DNA of 64,000 nt from Candidatus Nomurabacteria bacterium (GCA_020639315.1 JACKGM010000001.1:18511-82510), one strand, 5' to 3'. Positions 35,129-43,400 are shown, counted from the stretch's first letter. Numbers and translations: made by a program. The notes: generated by a model from the sequence alone, not told the origin.

Positions 35129-36072
35129 CTAACTCACCTCCTGCCCTAGTGCTGCTCGTATTACAAACCTTGTGACCCCTGTATTACCTAGATCTAATGG
35201 GGCTACATAGCCCCTGGGTACCCTATAATCTTCCCTCGTATCGACAATCTGCCGCCTTACCCTATCTGGCACTTTCTCAACCTCTGATTTCCTATTACGA
35301 TAGTTCACTACTCTAGAGAGACCAACTGCCCCTAAGAAGGCACCTAGCCCGGCAAATCTATTAACCCTGTTGCCATATAACCTCACGGCTTCAAAACTGC
35401 CATTTTTGCCCCAGACTAGCAAAACACTTCGCAGCGTAACTCCTGTTATGCTTTGTCGTGTTTTGGTATTCTGGAATAAAAATCATCAGCTTTGACCTCG
35501 CAAGTTTATATGGCAACAGGGTTATTGCTCGAAATATCATTAACCCCCAGCCCAGCCATTCCACTAGTAGGAATATCTACAAACCAGTCCCTCAGCCTTT
35601 GGCGATTTTGATATTTTCTTATAGTCTCTGGATATTTTTTGGATTCAGCATAAAACTTCAATCCGTTGATTAGGGCTTGCATCAAGCGCTGATTGTATCT
35701 TATAGTGAACTCTTCCCACTCTAATTTCTCCTCAGAATCTAGGTCGGGCAATAGCTTTAAGTAGATTTGACCTAAAGAGACCAATAACCTTGCATTATCA
35801 CCATCTTGCTCTGGTTGAATAAACTGCCAACTATCACCTTCATCGTCTACTGACAGGCCAGTAAAGACAATCTCTAGTTCTGATAAATCTGGCTTATCCT
35901 CAATATTGGGCAGCCCAAAAGCATCATAATACCCTCTCAAGTATTGAAGGAGATCCTTTTGCCATTCTTCCTCAACTAAACCCTCACCAAATAGCATATG
36001 AAGTGCTGGACTATCCTCAATGGTAATCTTAGGTAGTTTTCTCTCGTAACTATTGTTTGTTTCAGGGGTCAT
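35129..36072 (-). pseudogene. Orphan gene split by a 161-bp MITE (track ORFs 35506..36072 and 35129..35422)
   Basis: The MITE core 35363-35523 sits between the two ORFs. It supplies the stop of the upstream part and the first 20 codons of the downstream part. Removing 161, 164 or 167 bp joins them in frame (...GVNDISS-N-RFAGLGAFLG...), giving about 259 aa. Confidence 0.7.
35363..35523 (+). mobile_element. MITE family F inserted in a coding region
   Basis: Same TIRs, flanked by ATT (35360-35362 and 35524-35526). It separates two same-strand ORFs that become one on excision. Confidence 0.92.
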
Positions 36073-36114
36073 ATTCCCACAGCCTCTCCTTTATTAATAA
36101 CCACTAATCTAACA

Positions 36115-36278
36115 TATAGCAAGCTCAAAACAAAACCGGACAATTTGAGCTGTACTATAGAGAACTAGAAAGGTAGTTATTCTTAAGAGCCATATTCATA
36201 GATATGGTGAGTAAGAAAACTAGCTTTATAGACTCTAGAGTTGGGTCAAAAGTCTGGTTTTGTTTTTAACTTACTATA
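36115..36278 (-). mobile_element. MITE family B, full copy
   Basis: TATAGCAAGCTCAAAACAAAACCGGACAATTTGAGCTG...GGTCAAAAGTCTGGTTTTGTTTTTAACTTACTATA. Confidence 0.9.
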
Positions 36279-36330
36279 AATACGAACAAACTGCAAGCAT
36301 AAGCCTAATTAACCCCAGACCAATAACTAT

Positions 36331-37299
36331 CTAACCATCACTTTTTGTCAGCCTAGGATGACCCACCCTAAGGCAAATCACTACACCTCCTAAATCAGCC
36401 TGACCTATTGGATCACCTTCTTCACTGTCATCCTTATGCTCTTCCTTATACTTTAGAGAAATAGGCATTACGGCTACTCGACTCTCCCTACCCTCTCTAC
36501 CCATCATCCACTCCACTAGCCTCGATAATCTGCGTTTCCTCTCTATCTCTATCTTGATACGGGCACTATCGACTACGCCCTCGATTAACGCCTTATTCAA
36601 CCAACCATCAAAATTTAAGGCATCTTGCTCAGAAATATAACCAGAATTAGCCATGATATATTTTTCACAGATACCAAAAAACTGCGTTCTATTATTTCCC
36701 TCAAGTCCTGCCGCATCTGCAGTCGCCTCTGCTTGACTCATGCCCCCTGATACATACTCATTATAATCTAGATTCTTAGAAGCTGCATGCTGATCAGTGA
36801 ATTCAAACCACTGGTCTAGCTTTTCTTTCTGCCCGATATCCAGCTTACTCACTAGTGATGTATACTCTAGCCTGATTGTTTCTAGTGACAGTTCAAGCTT
36901 ACTATCAGCCAATGCATTTTGATAAACCTTCGGTAAAGATATGACTAGGATTGACCTATCCTCCAACTGCTGTTTAGCCATACCTAGCCCACCCAGTCTC
37001 TCAATAAGTTCAGCACTTTGATCAGAATGACCCCGCCTATCACAGGGGTGTATTTCTGCTATGCTACCCCCGCTCAACTCCCCACTATCAAAAAACACGA
37101 TCAACTGATCTAGCCCCAAAATACCCTTTTTGGATTCAGCGTCTATAGCCTCATTAACGAATCTCCAAAAAGCCTCTTCCAATCGATCAAAGTCAATAAC
37201 TCGCCCCAAGGCTTGATTGCTACTATCTATACAGATAGCCACTTCAGACGTTGGTCTTTTCTCGCCAGTACCAGTATTTGCCCCTTCCCCATTTACCAT
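36331..37299 (-). CDS. Hypothetical protein
   Basis: About 322 aa from MVNGEG (rc ATG 37297-37299), preceded by GAGGGAG 5 nt upstream. The track start 37317 is TTG. No motif recognised. Confidence 0.6.
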   Translation of the reverse strand: MVNGEGANTGTGEKRPTSEVAICIDSSNQALGRVIDFDRLEEAFWRFVNEAIDAESKKGILGLDQLIVFFDSGELSGGSIAEIHPCDRRGHSDQSAELIERLGGLGMAKQQLEDRSILVISLPKVYQNALADSKLELSLETIRLEYTSLVSKLDIGQKEKLDQWFEFTDQHAASKNLDYNEYVSGGMSQAEATADAAGLEGNNRTQFFGICEKYIMANSGYISEQDALNFDGWLNKALIEGVVDSARIKIEIERKRRLSRLVEWMMGREGRESRVAVMPISLKYKEEHKDDSEEGDPIGQADLGGVVICLRVGHPRLTKSDG

Positions 37300-37400
37300 G
37301 CTACTCCCTCTTGCCAATTATTAATAGCTGTATTTAACCTCTAATATACCATGTAATTCAATGTTTTGCAAGCATCAGGCTTACCTCAACCTAGCTTAAG

Positions 37401-37429
37401 TTGCTATTTATCCAAATATAAGATATAAT
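37401..37429 (+). promoter_or_regulatory. Sigma70-type promoter of rpmI-rplT (TTGCTA-17-TATAAT), -10 ends 7 nt before the ATG
   Basis: TTGCTA at 37401-37406, a 17-nt spacer, TATAAT at 37424-37429, then CACCATT and ATG 37437. No SD. Confidence 0.6.
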
Positions 37430-37436
37430 CACCATT

Positions 37437-37631
37437 ATGCCAAAATTGAAGACTAGCAAAACCGCCAAGAAGCGAATCAAGGTCACCTCGAGTGGACTTT
37501 TGATGCGTCGCAGAGCTACTCGCGCTCACAAATTGTCAATCAAATCAGGTGCTAGAAAGCGGGAATTTACCAAAGAGTTTGTGTTAAACAATACCGAAAC
37601 CAAGAAAATCAAGAAATTAATCGGAGTCTAA
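37437..37631 (+). CDS. rpmI: 50S ribosomal protein L35
   Basis: 64 aa: MPKLKTSKTAKKRIKVTSSGLLMRRRATRAHKL. Confidence 0.95.
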   Translation: MPKLKTSKTAKKRIKVTSSGLLMRRRATRAHKLSIKSGARKREFTKEFVLNNTETKKIKKLIGV

Positions 37632-37632
37632 T

Positions 37633-37977
37633 ATGAGAGTCAAGAGAGGTACCACTGCTCGCAAGCGACACAAGAAGATGATTAAAGCCGTTAAAGGCTA
37701 TAGCCATATCCGTAGATCAAGCTATCGCAAAGCCAAAGAAGCCTGGATCAAGGCTCAAACCTACGCCTACCGTGACCGTAGAAACCGCAAGCGAGATTTT
37801 CGTGGTCTCTGGATCACTAGGATTAATGCGGCTGCCAGACAAAATGGTCTTAGCTATTCACAACTAATCAACCTGCTTGCTAAAAGTAATATCAAGCTAG
37901 ATCGTAAGATCCTTTCCGAAGTAGCATTCAACCACCCAGAAAGCTTCAAGGCGATTGTTGATACTGTCAAAAAATAG
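37633..37977 (+). CDS. rplT: 50S ribosomal protein L20
   Basis: 114 aa: MRVKRGTTARKRHKKMIKAVKGY...YAYRDRRNRKRDFRGLWITRINAAAR. Confidence 0.95.
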   Translation: MRVKRGTTARKRHKKMIKAVKGYSHIRRSSYRKAKEAWIKAQTYAYRDRRNRKRDFRGLWITRINAAARQNGLSYSQLINLLAKSNIKLDRKILSEVAFNHPESFKAIVDTVKK

Positions 37978-37989
37978 TCTTATCATCGC

Positions 37990-38384
37990 GTCACCAAACC
38001 AAAACCCCGCAGGGATTTATGGGAGACCCACCTCCTCTGTCATCTTCGGATTACTCTTTAGAGTAATACCGGAGATCCAGTATTTGAGTTAGCCACAGGC
38101 AATATGGAATGCTGGATCCCCCGTAAGTTCTCCAAACTTCGGAGGATGACAATACAATACACAATGCCGAATACTGGATCCCCCGTAAACCCTCTGGGTT
38201 TCGGAGGATGACAAGACAATGCCATTAACTTAAGAAAAAGCCAGTATCTTTTGACATCCTATTAAAGCTTGATTTGTACATTGAATAAAACTTGCAAAAG
38301 CTTAAGTTAATGGCATTGAGATGACAGGAGAAGGACGGGTTTCGGAGGATGACAATCCTCTCCTCCGTCATCTCCGGTATTTGA
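37990..38384. repeat. Family-A hairpin repeat cluster downstream of rplT
   Basis: Includes GTCACCAAACCAAAACCCCGCAGGGATTTATGGGAGACCC, GTCATCTTCGGATTACTCTTTAGAGTAATACCGGAGATCCAGTATTTGAG and several inverted units. Confidence 0.9.
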
Positions 38385-38388
38385 ATTA

Positions 38389-39054
38389 CTAACCAAAAAT
38401 CAACTGGATAAAGTCCTGACTAGCTTGTTCTAGCTGGCCTTCTCTATTGATAACAAAATCAAACCAACCCTGACCCTGATTCTTCCTCGCCCATTCAAGC
38501 TCAGTCTTTGTAGTGCCCAGCCTAGTAGCTAGCTTACCCCTATCTATCTCATCTCCACTCTCCTGCCAACGCCTGAGAATTCTACGCTCAAGTATCTGAA
38601 GATTACTGTCCAGATCATTTAATGGTGCAGGAGCAATGAATATTACTTTCAAATCAAGCTCCCTTCTAATAATCTCGATGCCTTGATATTCTATCTCGAG
38701 TAGTACCTTCCTGCCCGCCTCAAGCGGTCTTAGGATTGATAAAATCGGTGTACCATAGTAATTGCCATGTGCCATGGCATATTCCAGGAATTCACCCTGA
38801 TCAATCTTTTGCTCAAACTCAGCTTTGCTCAAGTGGCAATACGCTTTGTATGGTCTGATGTCACCAATCTCGGCCACTTGATCTCGTTGCTCTCTAGCTC
38901 TAGAAGTAGCACTGACTGGAATCACCAATTTTTGATCACCCTCTAGCCTGGAATTGACCATCTGTTCCAGCGCATTCTTCCCAGCTCCCGACGGGCTGAC
39001 GATCGCATACAGATTACCTTGACTCAACTCTCTTAGGTGATCTATGTCTGACAT
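38389..39054 (-). CDS. gmk: Guanylate kinase
   Basis: P-loop IVSPSGAGKNAL and FLEYAMAHGNYYGT. Start placed at MSDIDHL (rc ATG 39052-39054), because the track extension runs into a MITE terminus. Confidence 0.8.
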   Translation of the reverse strand: MSDIDHLRELSQGNLYAIVSPSGAGKNALEQMVNSRLEGDQKLVIPVSATSRAREQRDQVAEIGDIRPYKAYCHLSKAEFEQKIDQGEFLEYAMAHGNYYGTPILSILRPLEAGRKVLLEIEYQGIEIIRRELDLKVIFIAPAPLNDLDSNLQILERRILRRWQESGDEIDRGKLATRLGTTKTELEWARKNQGQGWFDFVINREGQLEQASQDFIQLIFG

Positions 39055-39060
39055 AGAGAG

Positions 39061-39066
39061 ATTATA
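39061..39066 (-). promoter_or_regulatory. -10 box TATAAT formed at a MITE-B terminus, 6 nt before the gmk ATG
   Basis: Minus strand reads ...GTATGCTATAAT-CTCTCT-ATG. TATA (39063-39066) is the MITE end and AT (39061-39062) is flank. Confidence 0.5.
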
Positions 39067-39226
39067 GCATACCCAAAACAAAACCGGACAATTTGGGATT
39101 ACTAATAAAGAGCTAGAAAGTTAGTTCTTTATATGAACCTTACTTATAAGTAAGGTGAATAGAAAAACTAGATTTGTAGACTTTAGTAGTGGGTCAAAAG
39201 GCTGGTTTTGTTTTGAGTATGCTATA
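39063..39226 (-). mobile_element. MITE family B, subfamily 2, full copy
   Basis: TATAGCATACCCAAAACAAAACCGGACAATTTGGG...GGGTCAAAAGGCTGGTTTTGTTTTGAGTATGCTATA. Its left terminus abuts the gmk start. Confidence 0.9.
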
Positions 39227-39258
39227 TATCATAGGATTTGTGACTATACTGAGCATTT

Positions 39259-39363
39259 CCAGGGGATCTCTGATCCAATTTGCTAAGGAAATTTGAAAGA
39301 TGACAGAAGGAGGGTGCATTGTCATCCTCCGAAACCCAGAGGGTTTACGGGGGATCCAGTATT
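39259..39363. repeat. Family-A head-to-tail pair
   Basis: An inverted unit ...GATCCAATTTGCTAAGGAAATTTGAAAGATGAC, then GTCATCCTCCGAAACCCAGAGGGTTTACGGGGGATCCAGTATT. Confidence 0.88.
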
Positions 39364-39374
39364 TAAAACTAATC

Positions 39375-40829
39375 CTAATTCAGCCCAAACTTAAAACCAA
39401 GCAGTTGGTCAGTATCAAGATCGGTAGTATACACTACCGACCGATCAGGCTGGCTGAAGTAGGCTGGATCATCAGCATTGGTGACCAGCCCCTCCAAGGA
39501 AAACTTATCTGGGGGAAAAATCTGAATAGTATATTGGCTAGACTTCTGTCCGACCGACCTTTGCAGTAAAAATTCAAAATCAAAGTCCTTGGTCAGATCC
39601 AGCTTGGTAGGCAAAATATACCTAAACTTCGCTTTGCTAGTACTAAGGACTTTGGTATCGAGCTTAAACTGGTAGATATCTCGCTCTGCTTCTCGATGTG
39701 AAGTAATCTCATCTGGTGAGATACTACTTGCTACCAGCTTACTACCTCGCGGAATTGCGATCTCAGAATAGTTGATATTGTCACTAATCAGCCAGGTATC
39801 AAATCCGTGGACGGGATCTGTATAAAGACCGGCTCTATCAGAAGTATGCTCCCTTTCAATCAACAAGTCTACCGTCACTTGACCAGTCTGATCGATCCTA
39901 ATCTGCTGCTTAATCTCTTGACCAAGATAATACGCTGACTTATTGGCCGCATAAGTCAGTTCACTGACTGCAAGATAATTATCAAAACCAGGCTCAAGCT
40001 CTCCTGTCATGTTGAGATTCTGAAAGGCTTGATTGATCTTAGGGTTGGTTGAATATCCTACTAATTGTTTACTAGCAATCTGACTTGTCACGATATTCTG
40101 AGCTAATTGAGAGATTGTACTAATATTTAGATCAAGTATTCTTGTAATGATTGCATTTGACAATACTCCTAATATCGTCTTCGGATCATCCCCCTCAGCC
40201 TTATCCTGACCAGACTCGACTTCTAGCTGGACTACAGTCCGAAAATTATCGGCGCTAACTTCTAAGCCATATTGATCTAGGTATATTGGACCAGTAACCC
40301 TTAAGATATCTATTAGAACGTCTGGTGTAATTTGCAAAACAGTATCAAACTCTTGTCCGGTATTTACCTCCATTGCCTCCAGAGCAAGCTTTGCGCTATC
40401 AGGCCAATTCATATATAGTCCTGAGTTTCGCAAAAAACCCTTGCCAGTAAAATTGCCCGGGCCAATCTCACTAGAGATATCAATCACCGGATAAACAGCC
40501 TCGTTATTGATCCAGTCGTAGTAATATACACTACGTATATCCTCCACCTGCATCTGGCCTTCTCCGTTTTCAATAATACCTACTGTCCCAATAAATCCTC
40601 CCCCAAATCTCTGCTCAGCATTATTGGCGAATAAGATAAGTACCCTTTTACTATTGGTCTTGATATTTGAAAGCAAGCTAGCAAATTGCTGGGTATCGGA
40701 CTGACCAAAAAATAGTGGCAAGTGATAGATCGCACTGCCAGTCAGTACTAGCCCAACATAGGCGATAAACACTATCCCAGATATAAAAAAAGACCTAAAG
40801 CTTATTAACCCTTTTGATACTCTAAACAT
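39375..40829 (-). CDS. DUF4012-like membrane-anchored envelope protein
   Basis: 484 aa with an N-terminal TM helix and the segment LILFANNAEQRFGGGFIGTVGIIENGEG, which I associate with DUF4012. It sits downstream of glycosyltransferase genes. Confidence 0.55.
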   Translation of the reverse strand: MFRVSKGLISFRSFFISGIVFIAYVGLVLTGSAIYHLPLFFGQSDTQQFASLLSNIKTNSKRVLILFANNAEQRFGGGFIGTVGIIENGEGQMQVEDIRSVYYYDWINNEAVYPVIDISSEIGPGNFTGKGFLRNSGLYMNWPDSAKLALEAMEVNTGQEFDTVLQITPDVLIDILRVTGPIYLDQYGLEVSADNFRTVVQLEVESGQDKAEGDDPKTILGVLSNAIITRILDLNISTISQLAQNIVTSQIASKQLVGYSTNPKINQAFQNLNMTGELEPGFDNYLAVSELTYAANKSAYYLGQEIKQQIRIDQTGQVTVDLLIEREHTSDRAGLYTDPVHGFDTWLISDNINYSEIAIPRGSKLVASSISPDEITSHREAERDIYQFKLDTKVLSTSKAKFRYILPTKLDLTKDFDFEFLLQRSVGQKSSQYTIQIFPPDKFSLEGLVTNADDPAYFSQPDRSVVYTTDLDTDQLLGFKFGLN

Positions 40830-41947
40830 TTGTCCTCGGTGTATTGCCTAACCTCAGCAATAAATCTTTGCTCAGAAAAAGACTGAGCATGCTTAATAAT
40901 CTTCTCTACATTAAAATTGATCTTGGGAAATTCAAGAATAGCGCTGACGACTGACTCAACTGACTGAGTATCAAAGAATATCCCAGTCTTGGCGGGGACA
41001 ATCGTTTCGGTCGCACCACCTTGGCGGTAAGCAATCACTGGCAATCCTAGTGCCATTGCTTCCAATGGCACTATCCCAAAGTCCTCTTCGCCAGGAAAGA
41101 TCAAAGCCTTGGCCTTACTAGCCAAATAACTAACCTCTGAATCAGAAGCCTCCCTTAAAAATCTGATCTGCGTACTACCCTGAGCAAGCTCTACTAGTCT
41201 CGAGTATTCGGGACCATTACCGACCACTAGTAAGTTCTGGTTGGTGATCAGGCAAGCCCGCAATGCTAAATCAATTCTTTTATAAGGTACTAAGCGGGAA
41301 AAGCAGATAAAATAATTCTTGAAGTTGCTTAAGCTAGAGACAGGACTCTTAGCTTTTAATCGCTCTAGATCTACAGGTGGATAAATCACCTTGCTATCAC
41401 GGTGATAATACTGCTTGATCCTAGATCTGGTATTGCGTGAATTGGCGATCAAATAATCTGGTCTTTGACCCGCCTGGTAATCCCAACTCTGGCTAGATTT
41501 GAGGAGCAACTGATTGGCTTTTCCTGCAATTAACCCCAACCCTCCGATACCTGGACTTTGACTATACTGCTGACTATGACTCCAGTAATAACGGGTAGGA
41601 GTATGAATATATGAGATATGAACAGTCTCTGTCGGCACTATTATACCTTTGGCTTCTGCACTACTGTCGGATAATACCAAATCGTAATCCTTAAAATCAA
41701 AGCTCTCAAAAGCAAACCTCCTGAGGATCGGGTACAGTTGGTGCCTAGATTTTGCTAACGGCCAGCTATTGATAAAACTCGTGATCACATTTTTGTCAGC
41801 TAGCTCTGGAAATAGCTTAGGGTTATAGGCACTAGTATAGATATCGGCATCTGGATAAGCCTTAGACAGACTGACTAAAACCCTTTCAGCCCCACCCCGG
41901 CTAGTCAACCAATCATGGACCAAGGCTACCCTGATCTTAGACCCCAT
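40805..41947 (-). CDS. Glycosyltransferase family 4
   Basis: KIRVALVHDWLTSRGGAERV N-terminus and a C-terminal EEDFGIVPLEAMALGLPVIAYRQGGATETI (GT4 E-x7-E region). Confidence 0.85.
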   Translation of the reverse strand: MGSKIRVALVHDWLTSRGGAERVLVSLSKAYPDADIYTSAYNPKLFPELADKNVITSFINSWPLAKSRHQLYPILRRFAFESFDFKDYDLVLSDSSAEAKGIIVPTETVHISYIHTPTRYYWSHSQQYSQSPGIGGLGLIAGKANQLLLKSSQSWDYQAGQRPDYLIANSRNTRSRIKQYYHRDSKVIYPPVDLERLKAKSPVSSLSNFKNYFICFSRLVPYKRIDLALRACLITNQNLLVVGNGPEYSRLVELAQGSTQIRFLREASDSEVSYLASKAKALIFPGEEDFGIVPLEAMALGLPVIAYRQGGATETIVPAKTGIFFDTQSVESVVSAILEFPKINFNVEKIIKHAQSFSEQRFIAEVRQYTEDKCLEYQKG

Positions 41948-43379
41948 CTCCACCCCGTATCATGATTAGAACTGTCCTAATAATAATCTTAATATCCAGC
42001 CAAGGTGACCAGTGTTCGGCATAATATATTTCTAACCTCAGTCGATCCTGATAATCTAGCTGATTTCTGCCTGAGACTTGCCAAAGACCAGTCAGGCCTG
42101 GCTTGATCATCAATACCTTGTCTTTGCTCTGTTTGTGAGCATTGAGTTCGTCTGGCAAATGAGGCCTGGGACCAACCACACTAAGTTGCCCTAGTACTAC
42201 ATTGACAAACTGGGGCCACTCATCGACCCCCAGTCTTCTAAACAATGCAGTTGCTGGGTTGATCCTAGGGTCAGGATTGAGCTTATGATCTCTTTTGTAG
42301 ACCGGTATCAGATCTGCCCTACCCATTCTGGTCAATGTCTGGACTGGATCCGAATTTGGGTAACCCTTACCATCAGAATACCTATATAGCATTGTACGAA
42401 ATTTATAGACTCCAATCTCCTTACCCCCCCTACCAAGCCTCTTGGTCTGATAGATTACTCCACCCTTGGGATCAGATAGCTTGATAACAATTGCCATCAG
42501 TATCATGACCGGAAATCCCAACACCAAAGCACCCAAGCCAAAGACTGTATCAAACACCCTTTTGCCAATCAATTGAAATCCGGTCAACGGAGTGGGGTCG
42601 ATCTGGCTGATGATTTGACCGCCAAAATATTGATTGGTAATTCTACCTTGATAAAGGTTTTGAGTAGTTGGTAGGTATTGATAAATCTTACTAGCCTGGT
42701 GAACGATCTCTACTAGCTCCCACTGTATACTCTTACTGATCGATCCCCCTATCTCAATGATCAAATCTATCTGATCATCCCTGACACCCTGAAGCACTTG
42801 ATCGACTATCTCTTCTCGATCAAGCTGATCGACAATCAGTAGCTTGACCTCTACAATCTGCTGATCCTGCTGAATAGATTGCCTGAGACTCTCAAGATGC
42901 TTGGGCTGCTTGCTACTAGCAATAATCATTGCTCTTCTTAACCCATAACGTTTGAGATAGAGTAGTTGACGCAATTGGCCGACAAAGTATCTCCCGATAA
43001 AAAGTAGCAATACTGCAAATACCCAGGCTAGTACTGGCACTAACTTTGAAGGAAATAGAGGCTCAACTGTGAAATAATCTATCAGGATAGTTAGAACAAT
43101 ACTAGATAGACTAGCTAGTAACAAGCGGCCAAACTGATGTCTGCGACCTCGGGCTGGAGTAGTATATAGTCCAGTAGCAAAGAAGATAATTATCCAGAGC
43201 GGAATCACTGGCAAGATCAGCTTCAAATACTCTTGACCACTGATCGCGAAGGCAAATGGCTTGTCTGAGTAATCTCCTCTGACTAGATAGGCCAAAACAA
43301 ACCCCCCAAGCATTGCTAGGAAATCTACCCCGACTTGAAGCAGGTTGACTAGTTGCTCGCTTCTTTTTTGCATAGTCAT
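41937..43379 (-). CDS. Polyprenyl glycosylphosphotransferase (WbaP/EpsL-type priming sugar transferase)
   Basis: TM-rich N-terminal half and a C-terminal bacterial sugar transferase domain (VFDTVFGL...IYQTKRLGRGGKEIGVYKFRTM...GPRPHLP...KPGLTGLWQVSGRN). Start placed at MTMQKRSEQ (43379, or 43373). The track N-terminal 77 aa are translated repeats. Confidence 0.85.
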   Translation of the reverse strand: MTMQKRSEQLVNLLQVGVDFLAMLGGFVLAYLVRGDYSDKPFAFAISGQEYLKLILPVIPLWIIIFFATGLYTTPARGRRHQFGRLLLASLSSIVLTILIDYFTVEPLFPSKLVPVLAWVFAVLLLFIGRYFVGQLRQLLYLKRYGLRRAMIIASSKQPKHLESLRQSIQQDQQIVEVKLLIVDQLDREEIVDQVLQGVRDDQIDLIIEIGGSISKSIQWELVEIVHQASKIYQYLPTTQNLYQGRITNQYFGGQIISQIDPTPLTGFQLIGKRVFDTVFGLGALVLGFPVMILMAIVIKLSDPKGGVIYQTKRLGRGGKEIGVYKFRTMLYRYSDGKGYPNSDPVQTLTRMGRADLIPVYKRDHKLNPDPRINPATALFRRLGVDEWPQFVNVVLGQLSVVGPRPHLPDELNAHKQSKDKVLMIKPGLTGLWQVSGRNQLDYQDRLRLEIYYAEHWSPWLDIKIIIRTVLIMIRGGDGV

Positions 43380-43400
43380 ATTATAGCATTCCCCCGATGT

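Noticed and set aside
35458-35673. Plus-strand ORF 35458..35673, and treating 35129..35422 as an independent intact gene
   Set aside because: The plus-strand ORF starts inside MITE-F and runs antisense to the split orphan. The N-terminus of 35129..35422 is MITE-encoded, so it is better explained as the 3' half of a disrupted gene.
37318-37436. L20-binding translational operator or long leader upstream of rpmI
   Set aside because: The TTGCTA-17-TATAAT promoter ends 7 nt before the ATG. No leader RNA can be transcribed from it, and no pseudoknot-like pairing was seen in the 119 bp.
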